A stretch of DNA of 64,000 nucleotides, from contig CM060733.1 in the NCBI GenBank assembly GCA_030704615.1, positions 66,464,001 through 66,528,000 of the forward strand, written 5' to 3'. The notes under the pieces are model-generated. The model saw only the letters and a list, made by a program, of their open reading frames with translations, was not told the DNA's origin and did not search any database. Both the position numbers and the translations under genes were made by a program. Every line of letters starts with the position of its first letter. The first letter of the stretch is position 1. This DNA comes from Takakia lepidozioides. Its lineage: Eukaryota; Plantae; Bryophyta. Positions 22,730-36,371 of this stretch are shown piece after piece.

Positions 22730-25700
22730 AGTACACATCCACATCAACCAACTCCTCATCACTGGACTCTGAATCTCCATCGCAACTGTCCTCCGTGGGA
22801 CATGGATGTGCTTCCTCAGATCGCATGTCTCTGTAAAGTGAAGCAACCTCTTCAGGTGTCACTTGGATGGTCTGGCCCCCTGTCACTAGCAACATTGGTC
22901 TTCAATGTGATTGGGGGCTAAGAGGCCTGATACACTTGCAATATCATCGTTGCAAATGCTCACATCAGAAACAGCCCTGCGTGACCTGGGGTTTTTTTCC
23001 AGCACCACGTTCCATCTCGGTTCATTCACACACTCAGAGAAAAAAACTTGCTCGACCTGTGATGGGAGCACAAAAGGCTGTTCAAGTGGAGGCAACAAGT
23101 GGGAGAAATTCACCAATGTGAAGCCAGACTCGTCCTGCTTCATTGACACAGGCTGAGAGCCCACACGTCGTGCACGTACCCCATGAACACAATAGCACCG
23201 TGGTGTTTGTGGAGCCATAATCCAATTCTAAAATCTCCTTTATGACACCCACATACCGTACGCTTTCCACCACCTGCTCACGGTCAATGCAAGTACTGTC
23301 ATGCTGGAAAACAGTAGAGACCCCCGAGTCATATGTCACAAAGGGCTGTTGAGTCCATCTGAAGTAACCCTGAAGTGGTTTCCATAAGCCGACATGCTCT
23401 TGTATGATGTTGCGATTACTGATGGGGGTTTGGACATGTCCAACAATTCCTTGCAGGCTGAATCAGTAGCATGGTTGGCAACACTTGACACATGCTGGCG
23501 GACTGCTTTTACCAGCCATTCTGCAAAGTGAGGGGAGAGCACGGATCTTGTTCTGGTTAGTAGCATTTTCAGTCTCCAACCTGCATTTCTCCACCTCATA
23601 GGACCTGCCAACACACGCACAACCACAGAAATTTATCTAGTGCAACCCCTGCAGCCGATGGAAGAACTACTGCACACACACCTATACAAAGCATACCCAT
23701 GCATAGCAGGTACCAGAACGTTTGCCACTTACCCCAACATAATGCTCAAACTGGGATGGTTGTGAATGACGTAGTCGTGGACAAGCTGCAACAATTCGAG
23801 GGTCAACCTCCGTGGTCGACCAACTCCTTCCAATACCCAGCCCGACACTGATTCCTCCTCTCCTGCATCCCACACTCTCCGCCTAGTAGCATCAACAGAA
23901 GACAAGTACTCTGTACAAAATCCCAATGCCTCGTCAAACACGTAGCCCTCCGCCATACTGCCCTCAGGCTTCGCCAAGTTTCGCACATACCCTTTAAAAT
24001 CCTTCATTGCTCTCTCCACCGGGTACATCCACCGAGAAGCTACAGGTCACACAAATCCACCTCATCCACCAAGTGGATAAGTAAATGTGTCATAACATCA
24101 AAAAATGAGGGTGGGAACTCTTTCTCCAGAAGACAAAGAGTCACTGCCACCTCCTTCTTCAATTCCTCATGCTCGGTGGGATCAATGAATTTTGCACAAA
24201 GCTTGCGAAACACACAGGACACTCTTAGTATGGCATTGCGAACCCCAGGCGCCATCAACCCACGTAGAGCAAGTGGGAGGATCTGTTGCATTAGCACGTG
24301 ATAATCATGTGACTTCAATTGGCTCAACTTTTGTTTGACCACATGTTTTTTGAAAGCAGAGGCATAGCCAGTGGGTACTTTCAGATTCGTGATAATCTCC
24401 AGGAACACCCGCTGCTCTGGTTTTGTGAGCACATATGGCGCATCAGGCATTACCAATGTATCCACTCTGGTGGGATGGCGTCGTAACCAAAGAGGCTTTC
24501 GAATGCCCTGCAATTCCATATCGCGGCGAACTTGCATCGTGTCCTTCTCGCCGAAAATAGTCTTGATTATGTTCTCCGTCACGTTCTTCTCGCAATGCAT
24601 GGTATCAAAAGTGTGGCGGATGATAAGATGCTGCACCATGTGGTCTAACAAATTAGGCACATTGCAATGCAGTCATGAATGATGTTTACAGCACAGGTTC
24701 AGTAAACAAACAATCATGCACAATGAAAAACCAATGCACTGTTTTGTTCCCAAAACACATGTGTGGTAATCGCACCTCCCAGTAAGGCAAGTCAAACAGA
24801 ATGGACAATCGTTTTACGCCATGGAGCTTGGAGGGATCGTTCTGTGCGCCTACAGTCCCACCATCATCAATCCATGTTTGTAATGTCGTGCACGCTCCTT
24901 GATTTCGGTGGCTGTCACTGTATGTGGAGCAGGTCTCATGTCTCGCGCCCCATTAAAAAGTCTGGATCTTCTATAGGCATGATTGTGGGGAAGATAGCGT
25001 CGATGCCCCTGGAATATCAATTTCTTACAAGCTGGGGAATATCTGGAATCGACTTGAGGTCCACATGCTGGACAAGCAAGTACCCTTGGTGAACCTGACC
25101 TGATAACAAGCCATAGGCGGGGAAGTCATGTATGGACCACATGAGGACTGCACGCATGTTAAAAGCCCGCTCTCCTTCAATGGCTGCCACATCCACGGCT
25201 GCAACTCCCACCCACAATGTCGTTAGCTCCTCCACTAGTGGTTGCAGGTAAACATCCACATTTTCACTTGTCACAGATTCCTTTCCAGGAATGAGGAGTG
25301 TTAACATGACAAAAAAATTCTTCGTTACCAACCATGGAGGTAGATTATAATTGAGCACCATGATGGGCCAGGTGGACCAAGAAGTGGATTTGGTGCCATA
25401 AGGATTGACCCCATCCAGTGCCAATCCAAGACGCAGATTTCTTGGATCTGAAGCAAAATCCGGCCATGTGTTGTCAATATGGCACCAAGCCTTACTGTCT
25501 GCAGCATGCCGGACCATGCCATCTGCACTTCTATGATTTGTTGTGCCACTTCATGAGCTCTGCCAGCGTCTTAACTCGAAACATCCGTTTCAATCTAGGT
25601 ATGAGAGGAAAGTATCGCAACACCTTCTTGGGCACCTTCCCACGGCCGTCCATGTATCGACGACTATGGCACTTGGGGCAATTAGCAGCCTTTTTGAGGT

Positions 25701-27202
25701 CTCCACGAAACAATACACATCCACGCTCACAGGCATGGATCTGTTTGTATCCTAGACCCATCATGGCGATCATATTTTTGGCCTCATACTGCGATTTCGG
25801 CAAGGTGTTTTGTTTGGGCAAAATCTCCAGCCTCAACAATGAAAATAACTCATCCACAAATGCGTTGGTACATCTGTGAGTGGCGCAAGAATTGAGCAAC
25901 ATCAATGTGGCAGTCAATCGGTTGTGAACGCTCCCATCGTATAAGGGGATTTGGGACTCTCGCATGAGTTTTCCATGGTGAAGATCATTTGGCGCGCCTG
26001 CTTCTTCTCCGCCCATATTTTCCCCATCAGGCATTTCAGGGATTTGCGCCATTCTCAACAGCCTCATCATTGTCCAAGTGAAGGGCATTTGGGGCAGGTG
26101 TGGGATTCTCCCGGAGGGTATCTGATATTTCAAATGCATCTTGCACAGCACGGGCAATCTGGCCCCGTAGCCCATTGCCGTCTTGTCCATCCAAATTGAC
26201 GTCGTTTGCAACACTCTCTAGGCTACATTCAGCCTCCACTTCAGAGTCGGATGTAATGTAGCCCTGTGAACGCAAATGAAATCATAAATTGGGATACGAT
26301 GAACAGGCTTTTTTCAAAACTCCCAGATTATGAAATTTCATTTAAACACTGTCATGTAAGCAAACACTTGTAGAATTGCACTAGTTCAATACAGGTGAAT
26401 GCTACAAGTCTCCCCCGCACTTGCGAATCAGGAGACGAAATTGGTCGGCCACAGACTTCATTTCGAAGCAGCTTGTGGAGCTCAGACACAAACACAAATG
26501 AAAACTACTCTCATATAATACGGCAAAGTAGGAACACAGTTTTCATCGAAAAACAAAACAAACATACCCTCTGTGATAGAGGGAGACATCCCCACATACA
26601 GACAGCTATCTGCACAGACCAACAAAGTGAAAGCTCTCAACAAATATGCCCAAGTGGGCAGTGCGTTGAAGGCATGACACATGGCAACAAACTGCCAAAA
26701 GCCCAAAATGCATATTGCCTTCACACATGGCAGTCAACAACGACCATGTAGTCATGACCCTGACTACATGACTCCAGTACAATGGAAGAACACCACGTAG
26801 TTGAAATGTCCATGATCCACGGTCATGAAGTCATGGACATGACTACTCTGACGCACTACCGACTACATGACTCCATCACTACGACTCCATGACTCCAATA
26901 CATCCAACGGAAGAACGACACGTAGTTCGGACTCCAGTCACTCCCACGACTGTCCAAAATGCGGACATGCGCGGGCGTGCTGCGAGCATGTCAGAGTGCG
27001 TGCGTCGTGCAAGGCGTACCGGGACTGTACACTGTCGAAGGTTTGGGTCCCTCCCATACTTTGTTAGGTGTTTTTTGGCCATCGGTAGAAACTGCGAGAT
27101 CCCTCCATGGCATATTTTGCAGTTGCACAATATTTTGCGGTGCCCTTGTGCAATGGCATGCGCCTCCTCTAGTCGCCACAGTTTCTCATCTTTCCTGCGC
27201 AC
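22730..27202 (-). pseudogene. CACTA TnpD transposase (Transposase_21/DUF4218/DUF4216-type)
   Basis: IHACERGCVLFRG, VLRYFPLIPRLKRMF, DPRNLRLGLALDGVNPY, YNLPPW, DTMHCEKNV, LKSHDYHVLMQQILP, MYPVERAMK..PEGSMAEGY, EQPFVLPSQVEQVFF. Confidence 0.95.
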
Positions 27203-29840
27203 ACGGAGTCGTTGAGCTGTTAGCCGAAAAACCCCGCTCTCGTTGTATACATTGTACTTACACAGGGGGTGTGCAAGGGTCTTTGCAGCTGATGTCAGAC
27301 TGCCATGGTCAGGCCCTCCCCGTGCGGTCCTCTGACTGCGTATGAGAAGCTAAGGGAGACCTGCATTGCTCGCAACAAAGAGGTTGAGGCGGAGTTGTTT
27401 GGTTCGCACCCACTGTGAGTATACTGAGAGGCGGCTCACCCTAGTGTTGTGGCCTAAATCTCGCAGGAGAGCATTCCACCTCAACCGGAGTGCTCAACTG
27501 ACCCGAATACTTTAGTTTGGGGTTGTCAGACATCGCATTGCAGGGGCTTGTCATTAGGGTTTTTTTTTTTAAAAATGTGAGAGGTCTACGGTTTAGCCTG
27601 AAATTGCCCGCATCCTTGTCTTTTGGGTTTACGAGTTTTTCTACATTCCCAGTGTTGGGATTGCATTGCTAAGTACACAGAATGATGGTTGTGAGGCGAC
27701 GCCTGTCTCCACACTATCATGGCGCACCATGAAGAGAGCGGGATTGTTAATTTCTTCATGGGGCGAGGATTGCAGGCTTCTTGCTCCGAAACCAAAGCGT
27801 GCTTGCCGTCGACCTCCACTACCCACGGGACCACCCAGACGCAGTGGAAGGCTAGAAACAATGGCCGACGAGGCACGACAGTATGTAGACGAAGACGAGG
27901 AGGAGGATTTGTTGTGTGTCCCTGGGCGAGCACACTGGCGATTCTAGCGAAGATATTCTTCGCCACCCAGCTCCTGCACCCTCGCTTCCCCAGAAACGCC
28001 CGTCGCCGGCAAAATCACCATCTGTAAGCACCTCCTCACTATGACGCCACATCTTCAGCATTTCTATGCATTCACATGCTCAGCATACCCATGAAGGAAG
28101 CATGCAAATGTACAGAACGTGTCTGAGACTTTCTTAGCATTCCAGGATGTAAATGCACTTCCCACACAGAAGAGGTTGAAAGGTGGAAGCCACAGAAAAT
28201 CTGGCAGTGGACGTGGCACAACTTTGAATGCAATCACATTTGGAAAGTTCTCACTTTGGGAATTTCACATTGGGGAGATGGCATTGCTAGAAAAATTGGG
28301 ATGTAGGAAGGAAGGGATGCCCGAGCATATAGGCAGTGAAACCCCACAATGGGATAGGAAATCAACCCCTTTGCTATATCTTCATCGTGTACATAGTTTG
28401 GGTTAAAGTCAAAGGCTCTTACTAAGAGGTTGATACATAGTGATGTTTCTGTTTACAACTAAAATGCAATGTCCATTCAAATGAGTCCATCTACCCACTG
28501 ATGCAAGTACTTGTATGCACGCTTTGATACAAGCATGCCAATGGTTTTTGAGGTCTCCCCACTAGGTAGGCTTTGGAATTGGCCATGTAGATTTGGCTCA
28601 GCCCCCACTTTTCTGAATGGGTAAACAGAAGTGTGGGGCACCTGATGAGTCTGAGGGGATGAGGACCTGCTCATAGGAGGATGAGTACAATCAAAGCTTT
28701 AAAATGGCAGGTGCACGGCGTTAATTTGTTCTAAGTTGCCATGATTTCATTTGAATGCTTTGATTGACTTTAATGTTTGAATTGGTTTTTATTCTGTGCA
28801 GGCCAGGAAGAGGCGAGCTTCCATCGAAGGCGCTGCAGCTGTGGTGGGCAGTCCATCGGGGCGGGGGTTGTTCAAACAAGTCAACCCTGCTACAAACAAG
28901 TCCCCAAGCGCAGAACGACCACCTCCACGACCTATTCCAGTACCCTCCGTACACACATTACCCACATGCCTACCCCACCCCCGATCAGTATGGCGCTGCG
29001 GGCCCTTACAACCCGCACATCCAATACAAGCCCCCTCCAGGTGGTTACCCACAGCAGCCATATGCCCATTCTCCTCCACCTATTCCCCCTTACCTCCTAG
29101 ACCCACATGCTTACCCGGCATCTACACGTCCACCATACGAACCTTTTGGGCCATACGGTGGGCGATACTGTCCCCCCCCATTCCCCATGGCAACCCCCAG
29201 CTGCCCCACCACCTGAGGTGGCAAAGGAAGAGACCCCTATGACCAAGAAGGAGCGAGCTAATGCTTTGAGGCGGGCGAACAGGCGTGCCAGGGCAGAGGC
29301 AATCCGAAACCATGATGCGCGAGACGAAGATGGACCCCCCTCAAGTGCTTCCGGTTGACAAAGCTGGAGAGCCCATTGGACCAGCACGCAATACCTGGCA
29401 TGCAGCCCTCAAAGGCCAGATGTGGCGTTTGTGTGACATGTCAATGCATATTGCAGCGCAGGATGAATCTGTCATTGAAGAAATATATAGGATTCTAAAC
29501 TCTACATTTGCGTACACGCCACGTGGTCTTGACTATGAGCACATGAGGAAGACACTTGGCATTGCCTTGAAAACCCAAAGACACGAGATCCATGCAATGT
29601 ACAAGGCAGGCGAGGGGAGGGCCTGCGCATCTGAAGGAAGCTCATTGGGACAGGCTGGTATCGTATTGGCAGACAGCAGGATTCAACGCAAAAAGTGCCC
29701 TCATGAAGGTTGCAAATTCATCAATCAAGAAGCCTTCAAAAACAGGACGTGGTGGGAAGGCATCTGTTGAGGCTCGGCTTGTAAGTTCACACACCAGCCT
29801 TTTTGCCCTCTTTGCCTTGGCTGATTGTTGTTTATAATGT

Positions 29841-31590
29841 GAAACAGGCTAAGTCCTGGCAGAAGAGAGTAGAAAAGATTCTCAAGGACCTGGACTGGAT
29901 CCGCAAGTATTGACCCAGCTGGATAAATCTGACTTAGAGGCTGTAGTGTCTGAAGGCATGTCTGTTGCCATCAGATTGTCTGATGAAAATGAAGTTAGGC
30001 AGAGAACTTCCCTGAAGTTGTTTCCAGTCAGTGACATGGGGGTGGACATCTTGGATGACCTCAAGGGTCTACCACAAGTTGGAAGTAGACTGAAATTTAA
30101 ACTCAGGGCAGGAAGCCTACCTTTGAACAACAAACAGAAGCAGAGAGGAAAGGGAGAGTGCAATTGTCCGTAGTGTGGGCAATCTGAAGACAATATTCAT
30201 TTTCTGATACACTGTCCGGGGTTCTCTCACCAAAGAGACGTTGTCTTCAATTCAATCAAGGGAATTGTGCCTGTACCCCTGTTTACCAACTTTGAAACTC
30301 TCGAGGCTGAGCCAAAAGCCGCGGCCCTCCTGAGGCCTAGTTTTGGGGCAAATCACACCCAGCAGATTGATGCTTGTGTGAAGGGTTTTCTAGAGGATAT
30401 CTGGAAAACCCGGATTAAATCTTTATATGAAGGTAAGTCTTACTACCAACGTCAACCCCTGACTGAGGTAGGTTCTGTTCCTTTTGTTCCCGCTCAAACT
30501 GGGTGGGGTCAATGGCCAGAAGGCTACGGCAAACAACGTCTTATGAGTACAATGTATAATGGGGTGTCCATTTCCCCCATTTTACACCATGTTAGGAGGG
30601 AAGTACGAAGTGCCACCAGGCTTTGTCATTGAATTCTCCAAATTATGTCCCCGGCAATCAGGTTTTTCTTGAAGGGGTGTTGCCTGTGGAGTGAACTAAA
30701 GTGTTCATTCACCTTGTCGCAAGGTGCTTGAAGGCTTTTCCTTAAGGGGGGACCTGCCTTGGAGTACAGATCTGCTATATGGGTTGATAGCTCCAACCAG
30801 GCTAAGTCTCTAGAATCCATTCAAGTGGGGGTGCTTAAGGAGTGTATGTCAGCATGCTCCAAAACAGCCAATGTGGTTGTTCGGGGTGAGTTTGGCATTC
30901 CATCCTTAAGCTCCCGACGAGATGAATTCAAGGTCAGATGGTGGGGTCAGCTGCAACATATGCCCAACACCAGATATCCTAAGTTGATCGACTCTATATC
31001 TTGGAAACAGGACCGCCCTGTCAAACAGGCTAAGTCCTGGCAGAAGAGAGTAGAAAAGATTCTCAAGGACCTGACCTGGATCCGCAAGTCTTGACCCTGC
31101 TGGATAAATCTGCCTTAGAGGTAGTGTCTGAAGCCATGTTTGTTGCCATGAGATTGTCTGATGAAATGAAGTTAGGCAGAGAACTTCCTGAACTTCTTTC
31201 TAGTCAGTGACATGGGGGTGGACATCTTGGATGACCTCAAGGGTCTACCCACTCTCGGCACTAGACTGAAATTTAAACTCAGGGCAGGAAGCAAGCCTAC
31301 CTTTGAACAGCAAACAGAAGCAGAGAGGAAAGGGAGAGTGCAATTGTCCGTTGTGTGGGCAATCTGAAGACAGTATTCATTTTCTGATACACTGTCCGGG
31401 GTTCTCTCACCAAAGAGACGTTGTCTTCAATTCAATCAAGGGAATTGTGCCTGTACACCAACTTTGAAAGTTGAGAGGCTGAGCCAAAAGCCCAGGCCTT
31501 CCTGAGGCCTAGTTTTTGGGCAAATCACACACAACAGATTGATGCTTGTGTGAAGGGTTTTCTAGAGGATATCTGGAAAACCCGGATTAT
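29841..31590 (+). mobile_element. LINE 3' fragments (RT C-terminus/CCHC finger), partly tandem-duplicated
   Basis: 29841-30416 is repeated at ~31022-31590. KLRAGSLPL..CPLCGQSEDSIHFLIHC. The 3' end GGCTACGGCAAACAACGTCTTATGAGTACA is shared with the LINE at 58.6 kb. Confidence 0.8.
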
Positions 31591-32689
31591 TGGATTACTA
31601 GAAAACCCGGATTACCCGAACCTGGCAAAGTTGTGAAGTGGGTGGGGTCCTCATTTTACATACCAATCTGTAAGTGTGGATAGAGGAGGGTCTGATCAGA
31701 GTTGTCGTGCAATGATGATGTCAGGGCAGTATTTGAAACTGCAATAGTGAGAGTGAGTGTGAGTGTTAACATGACTTTTTGTGGTCATTAACATAGGGTA
31801 GTGTTGTGCTGGTGATTACTCTTCTGCATTAGCTGCATTTGTCACTCAGCTCTGTATTTGGTTGTCGCTCGTCAGGTTGACCATGCTAGCATACTGAGCT
31901 GGTACATGACAAATGCAGGCAAAGGAGCGAGGCCGAAGTCCATCGTTGCATGAAATCCAGGAAGGTTCAGTAAGCAGAACATTGACCAGCGAGCGGATGG
32001 TGAGATCCACGTGATCATTCTTTCTCCCATTTTTTGTCGATTATTTTGTTCTAGGCATTTTCCCTACCAACGGCATGATGTTCTCATGTTGTTCATGGAC
32101 TTGCGTGGACCTGGCAGGAGGGGACCTCTGGGTATTCAGCAATTGCTCGCAAAGTGGAGGATATGGAAAGAGCACAGGGTGCACAACACAAAGATATGAT
32201 GGATTTGAAGGCTACAATATCGCATGTGATGATGTACCAGAAGGCCATGGCTGAGAAATTTGGGATCAGCATTTCCTCACCTGCCTTAGTGGGCTCATCC
32301 ATAGCAAACAGCTCGTGCATCGCTGGCCCTTCAGCCTCAAGACGTCTGGAGGACAGGTTTGACTTGCCTGGCATGTCACCAGGTAACGTCACTCCCGTTG
32401 ATGCATTCGAGGATGATGTGCAGGTGGAGCATGTTGGCCCAGGTGGAGGGGACGACACCCCTACCAAGGAACTTACGCGTCCTCGTGCAGTTCTGTCACA
32501 CTGTGCGGTAGTGGAGGCGCATGCAGAACTCCGGCCTGCTGCTGTCGCGGTGGGGGCATCTGAGACAACCCTGGACATTGACCTTGTTTCCCCGCGGGCA
32601 GATATTACCCAGCAACCCACGGTTGTCACTTCCACTCCCAACCTTCAATTAATGTCGGAGAATGTCGTGCACACAATAGTGGAGAAGGG

Positions 32690-33300
32690 CAAGCATTTGC
32701 TCATCCTAGATTAATGGATTGTTGTGTGAGTGCGTCCATGTCGGGAGCGGTAATGCGTTTGTGGTTCCAAATGGCCTTGAGCACAAATTATGTGGTAGCA
32801 AGATGGTCGTTGTAAGGCCTGGTTGCAAAGCTTTTTTGGACAAGTGTTTCGAACACTTTGAAGTGGCAGCATGGTCTTGTATGCAACCACGTAACTTCCT
32901 ACCCACAGTGGACTGGCTTTTCCATGGGCACCGTGACCTTGCATTCAAGTGGGATGGGGGATATTGTGAGCAGTCCACTGACATGGATGGGAGCCTGCCC
33001 ATGAAACCACGGTTTCTGAAGAACCTATCTACAGTGTGGCGGGACAACTGTGTCTGGAATCCTGAAACCACTCTTCTTGTTGACGACACACCGCACAAGG
33101 GGTCAAAAAATCCAGCATACAGCGCCATTTTCCCACTGCCTTGGAGAAGTCGTTCTGTAGAGGCGCACAATGATAATTTCCTTCTGACCAGCTTATGGCC
33201 CTTCTTGGAGGGGGCAGCTAAGGCTCCGAGCATTCCAGAATATCTCAAAGGGCAACCCACATTTGGGCAACAAGCTATCAGCCCTCGAGCCATTCAGCCT
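32690..33300 (+). CDS. FCP1/NIF-like HAD phosphatase domain within the CACTA TnpA-like gene
   Basis: KHLLILD(x)NGLL (frameshifted), VVVRPGCKAFL..FEVAAWS, KNLSTVW, TLLVDDTPHKG..NP. Confidence 0.8.
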
Positions 33301-35275
33301 CGCCAGGTAACATACTTTGTAGTGTGGTACACAGTGCCAGACATTAGAGGCATTTTTGTGTGACTCCCTTGTGCCATTGCCAGCCTCATTTGTGCTTAAG
33401 TTGTGGCAGTAAAACATGTTGTGATAGAGTTTGTCAAATTACTGTCGCAGTGTCAACTGTAGGCATTGACAGTTTGGGTGCATCTTATTGTGTTAGTGTA
33501 ATTTGAGTTCCCAGTGTAGATAATATACATTTTTGGTGCTTGTTGGTTGGTTGTAGGTGCTTGGCCACGAACGAGGCCCCCCAAATCAAAGGGCAGCACA
33601 CCTTCACCCTTTGAGGAAGCCGACACCACTGATCCCTGATTCGCAGAATGGGGTAAGTGTATGCATCTGCTATTCTCCCCTTCCCCCGACCTGGATAGAC
33701 AAATTGTTATTAGCTCCTTGTAGACCTTGTAGACACAATACGTTCCACGATCCATGTTCCACAATTCTCATGCAATCTGCCATGTTTGGGCTGGGATGGC
33801 AGTTCGTGGTGGGAGACCATGTCAAGCTCATAGACACTGTTTCGCGATCAACAGCCGGATCTGGCCGCATTGCTGGTCTCCAAGGGATGGAGGTGAGTGA
33901 AGGGTACCCTGTTGTGCCAGAAGGCTATGTGGCCATCCACATTGATGATGTCCGCATTCCCAATGCCCCTCTACCATATCACAACAAATCCATGAAGCCT
34001 CATCACTGAGTTGGGAGACACTGTAGGTTACATTACTGTGTGGAGTGACAAACTAGTGAAGACCTTGCAGACAAAGAGATGAGGCAGGTCGGCTAGCATC
34101 GTGGATTTCTTGGGGATTTCCACCTGTGCCTCATCCGGATTTGGCAACTACGGTAACTTATAGTAGTGACAGTTTCTCTGAATTGACTGTCCAATTTTGA
34201 TAGCAATCACATGTTGGATTTTCTCATGCATGTTGTTGCAAAACTTATGCCTCATTAATGAGCAATGTGGTGGTAGGTGGTATGTCCCCATTGCACACAC
34301 TATGGTTGGTTATGTTGTTGCTGTTCATATGTGGTTGATAATGGTGATGCTGGATGGTGATGTTGCTGCTATTGTGGTCTTTCAGAATTACGTCTGTGCC
34401 ACTTTTGTGCCTAAAGTCTTGCTGTATACATGATTGTGATGTTGTATGGCACATGCACGTGGCACCCTATTGGCTGCCTCTGTGGCATATCCACGTGTCC
34501 GTCTAGAGTCATAACCATGAGTACCGAACCCAATATGATACGTGTATGAGCATATTACATTCCGACACGTGACCCCCTAAGGTCCCCGCGCAGTTGGTCC
34601 TATGACTCCATATGCAGAACGTCCAGTCAAATGTATGTCTACGAAGCAGCACGTGAGGTTTAGAGGATCGTGCACGTGGCACCACCTGGGACTACAACGT
34701 CCTCATGGAATCCCCTGTTCATGGAATATACCGTACTGCGCCAGTCGTAGGTATGACTGGCAAGAATCCACCACAGCTCTCGAAAGTCCAGCACGTGGGC
34801 ACACACGAACGTGGCATATGGTGTCCCCAGATGCTGCCACGTGTTGACCCCAAATTTCCCCCCATGAAGACATACATGTGACTGCGAAGCCCCGTCCCCC
34901 ACAGTGACACGTGGCAATGATATGTCGCACCACGCGTTTCTTCTATGACGCGACACGTGCTGTCGTTTAATTCCCTCGTCCGCTGTCATAGCTGGCAGTG
35001 AGGGCTGGCGTCGCAGTCTGACATGTGGCATGTTCTGTCTGACACCGCGGCTGACATGGACTACACTGTCCGTTCAGTCATTCAGTAATGCCAGCGTGTA
35101 TGACTACCCCCACAGCTGCTCTGGCGCCACGTGACAGCCAGCCTGGAGAGTCATATCTGCCATGTCACAACTGACTAGGTCTTTACGTCTTCAGAGTCAG
35201 GAAGTCGTAAATGGCTTCCATGACTGCATTTGCAGTCATAACACAGAGACGTAAAAGCCGCTTTTTGTTGTAGTG

Positions 35276-35846
35276 GTTCTAAAGAGTGTAAATGTTTCAC
35301 CTGGATGGAAATGCGGCACCGCATTTTTGTTGCAGAGAGTATAAAGGTATCACATAGACGGAAATGCAGCAACGGATGTCCGTTCGGGAGAGTATTAAGG
35401 TTTCACCTGGACGGAAATGCGGTGTTGCATTTCCGTTCCACTGCTACATACCTTACTTGTGGGACGGAAATGCGGCACAACATTTCCATTCTAGAGACTG
35501 TAAAGGTTTCACCTAGACGGAAATGCGGCACAACATTTCCGTTCGGGAGACTAAAAAGGTTTCACCTGGACGGAAATGTGGTGCCGCATTTCGGTTCCAC
35601 TGTAAAATACCTTACTTGTTGGACGGAAATGCGGCACCACATTTCCATTGGGGAGAGTATATATGATTCACCTGGACGGAAATGCGGTTCCGCATTTCCG
35701 TTCTGGAGAGTGTAAAGGTTTCACCTGGACGGAAATGCGGTGCCGCATATCGGTTTTGGAGAGTGTAAAGGTTTCACATGGACGGAAATTCGGCACCGTC
35801 CTCTGGATTCCCCTGAAAGAGCACGGACAGAAAATCGGCACCACAT
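35276..35846. repeat. Palindrome array 2, right part (exact 53-bp period)
   Basis: Starts at 35307, 35360, 35413, 35466, 35519, 35572, 35625, 35678, 35731 and 35784. Confidence 0.95.
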
Positions 35847-35932
35847 TGTCGTGCGCATACATATCGCTACACAACTACATCGCTGTCCAGACCACACCAC
35901 ACATATATGCACAATAAAGTAGTCTAGCACAA
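35847..35932 (-). repeat. Terminal repeat B2
   Basis: Near-identical direct repeat of 36286-36371. Confidence 0.9.
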
Positions 35933-36283
35933 TGATAAACAAACTTGAAAAGGACACACACTCTCAACACAAGAAATATGCAATCCCTCAAGATCACTCT
36001 TTGAAATAGTCGAGCCAGGGGCACCCCAAGCTATGGGGACTCCACCCCACAACAACCTACACTCCCATCATAGCACACTCAGATCAAAATGCAGGAGCTC
36101 GGTCGCGCAGGCTCAACTCGAGAGAGATGAGCTGCGCGACTGCCGCTCTCGTGAAGATAAGACAGACCAGGTGTCAAAACTAAACTTGACACCTGATTTA
36201 ACACTTGACCTAAATCCAAGTGTTAAATACAAATAACTAGTTTTATTCTAGCTGTTTTCACACTGTGCTTATTTAACTTGACA
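35933..36283 (-). repeat. 3' LTR (A2)
   Basis: Direct repeat of 47526-47885. Reads TGTCAAG...TTTATCA on the minus strand. Confidence 0.95.
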
Positions 36284-36285
36284 GC

Positions 36286-36371
36286 TGTCGTGCGCATACA
36301 TATCGCTACACAACTACATCGCTGTCCAAACCACACCACACATATATGCACAATAAAGTAGTCTGCCACAA
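36286..36371 (-). repeat. Internal repeat B1
   Basis: Near-identical to 35847-35932. Confidence 0.9.

Larger units (their letters stand above)
27861..34081 (+). pseudogene. CACTA second gene (TnpA-like), multi-exon
   Basis: Pro-rich N-terminus. PAHLKEAHWDRLVSYW..GRGG (Ptta/En/Spm-like). C-terminal VPEGYVAIHIDDV..APLPY..GYITVW (Tnp1-like). Divergent from TnpD. Confidence 0.65.
20790..35275. mobile_element. CACTA (En/Spm) DNA transposon with its left end locally inverted
   Basis: Termini CACTACAACAGATTGCGGCTTTTA (reverse complement of 21215-21238) and CACTACAACAAAAAGCGGCTTTTA (reverse complement of 35252-35275). 3-bp TSD GTT (reverse complement of AAC 21239-41, and 35276-78). TnpD and TnpA-like genes inside. 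Confidence 0.9.

Noticed and set aside
20145-35846. CRISPR array (palindromic repeat + ~31-bp spacers)
   Set aside because: Spacers fall into two recurring types rather than being unique, there are no cas genes, and the context is eukaryotic and intron-containing.
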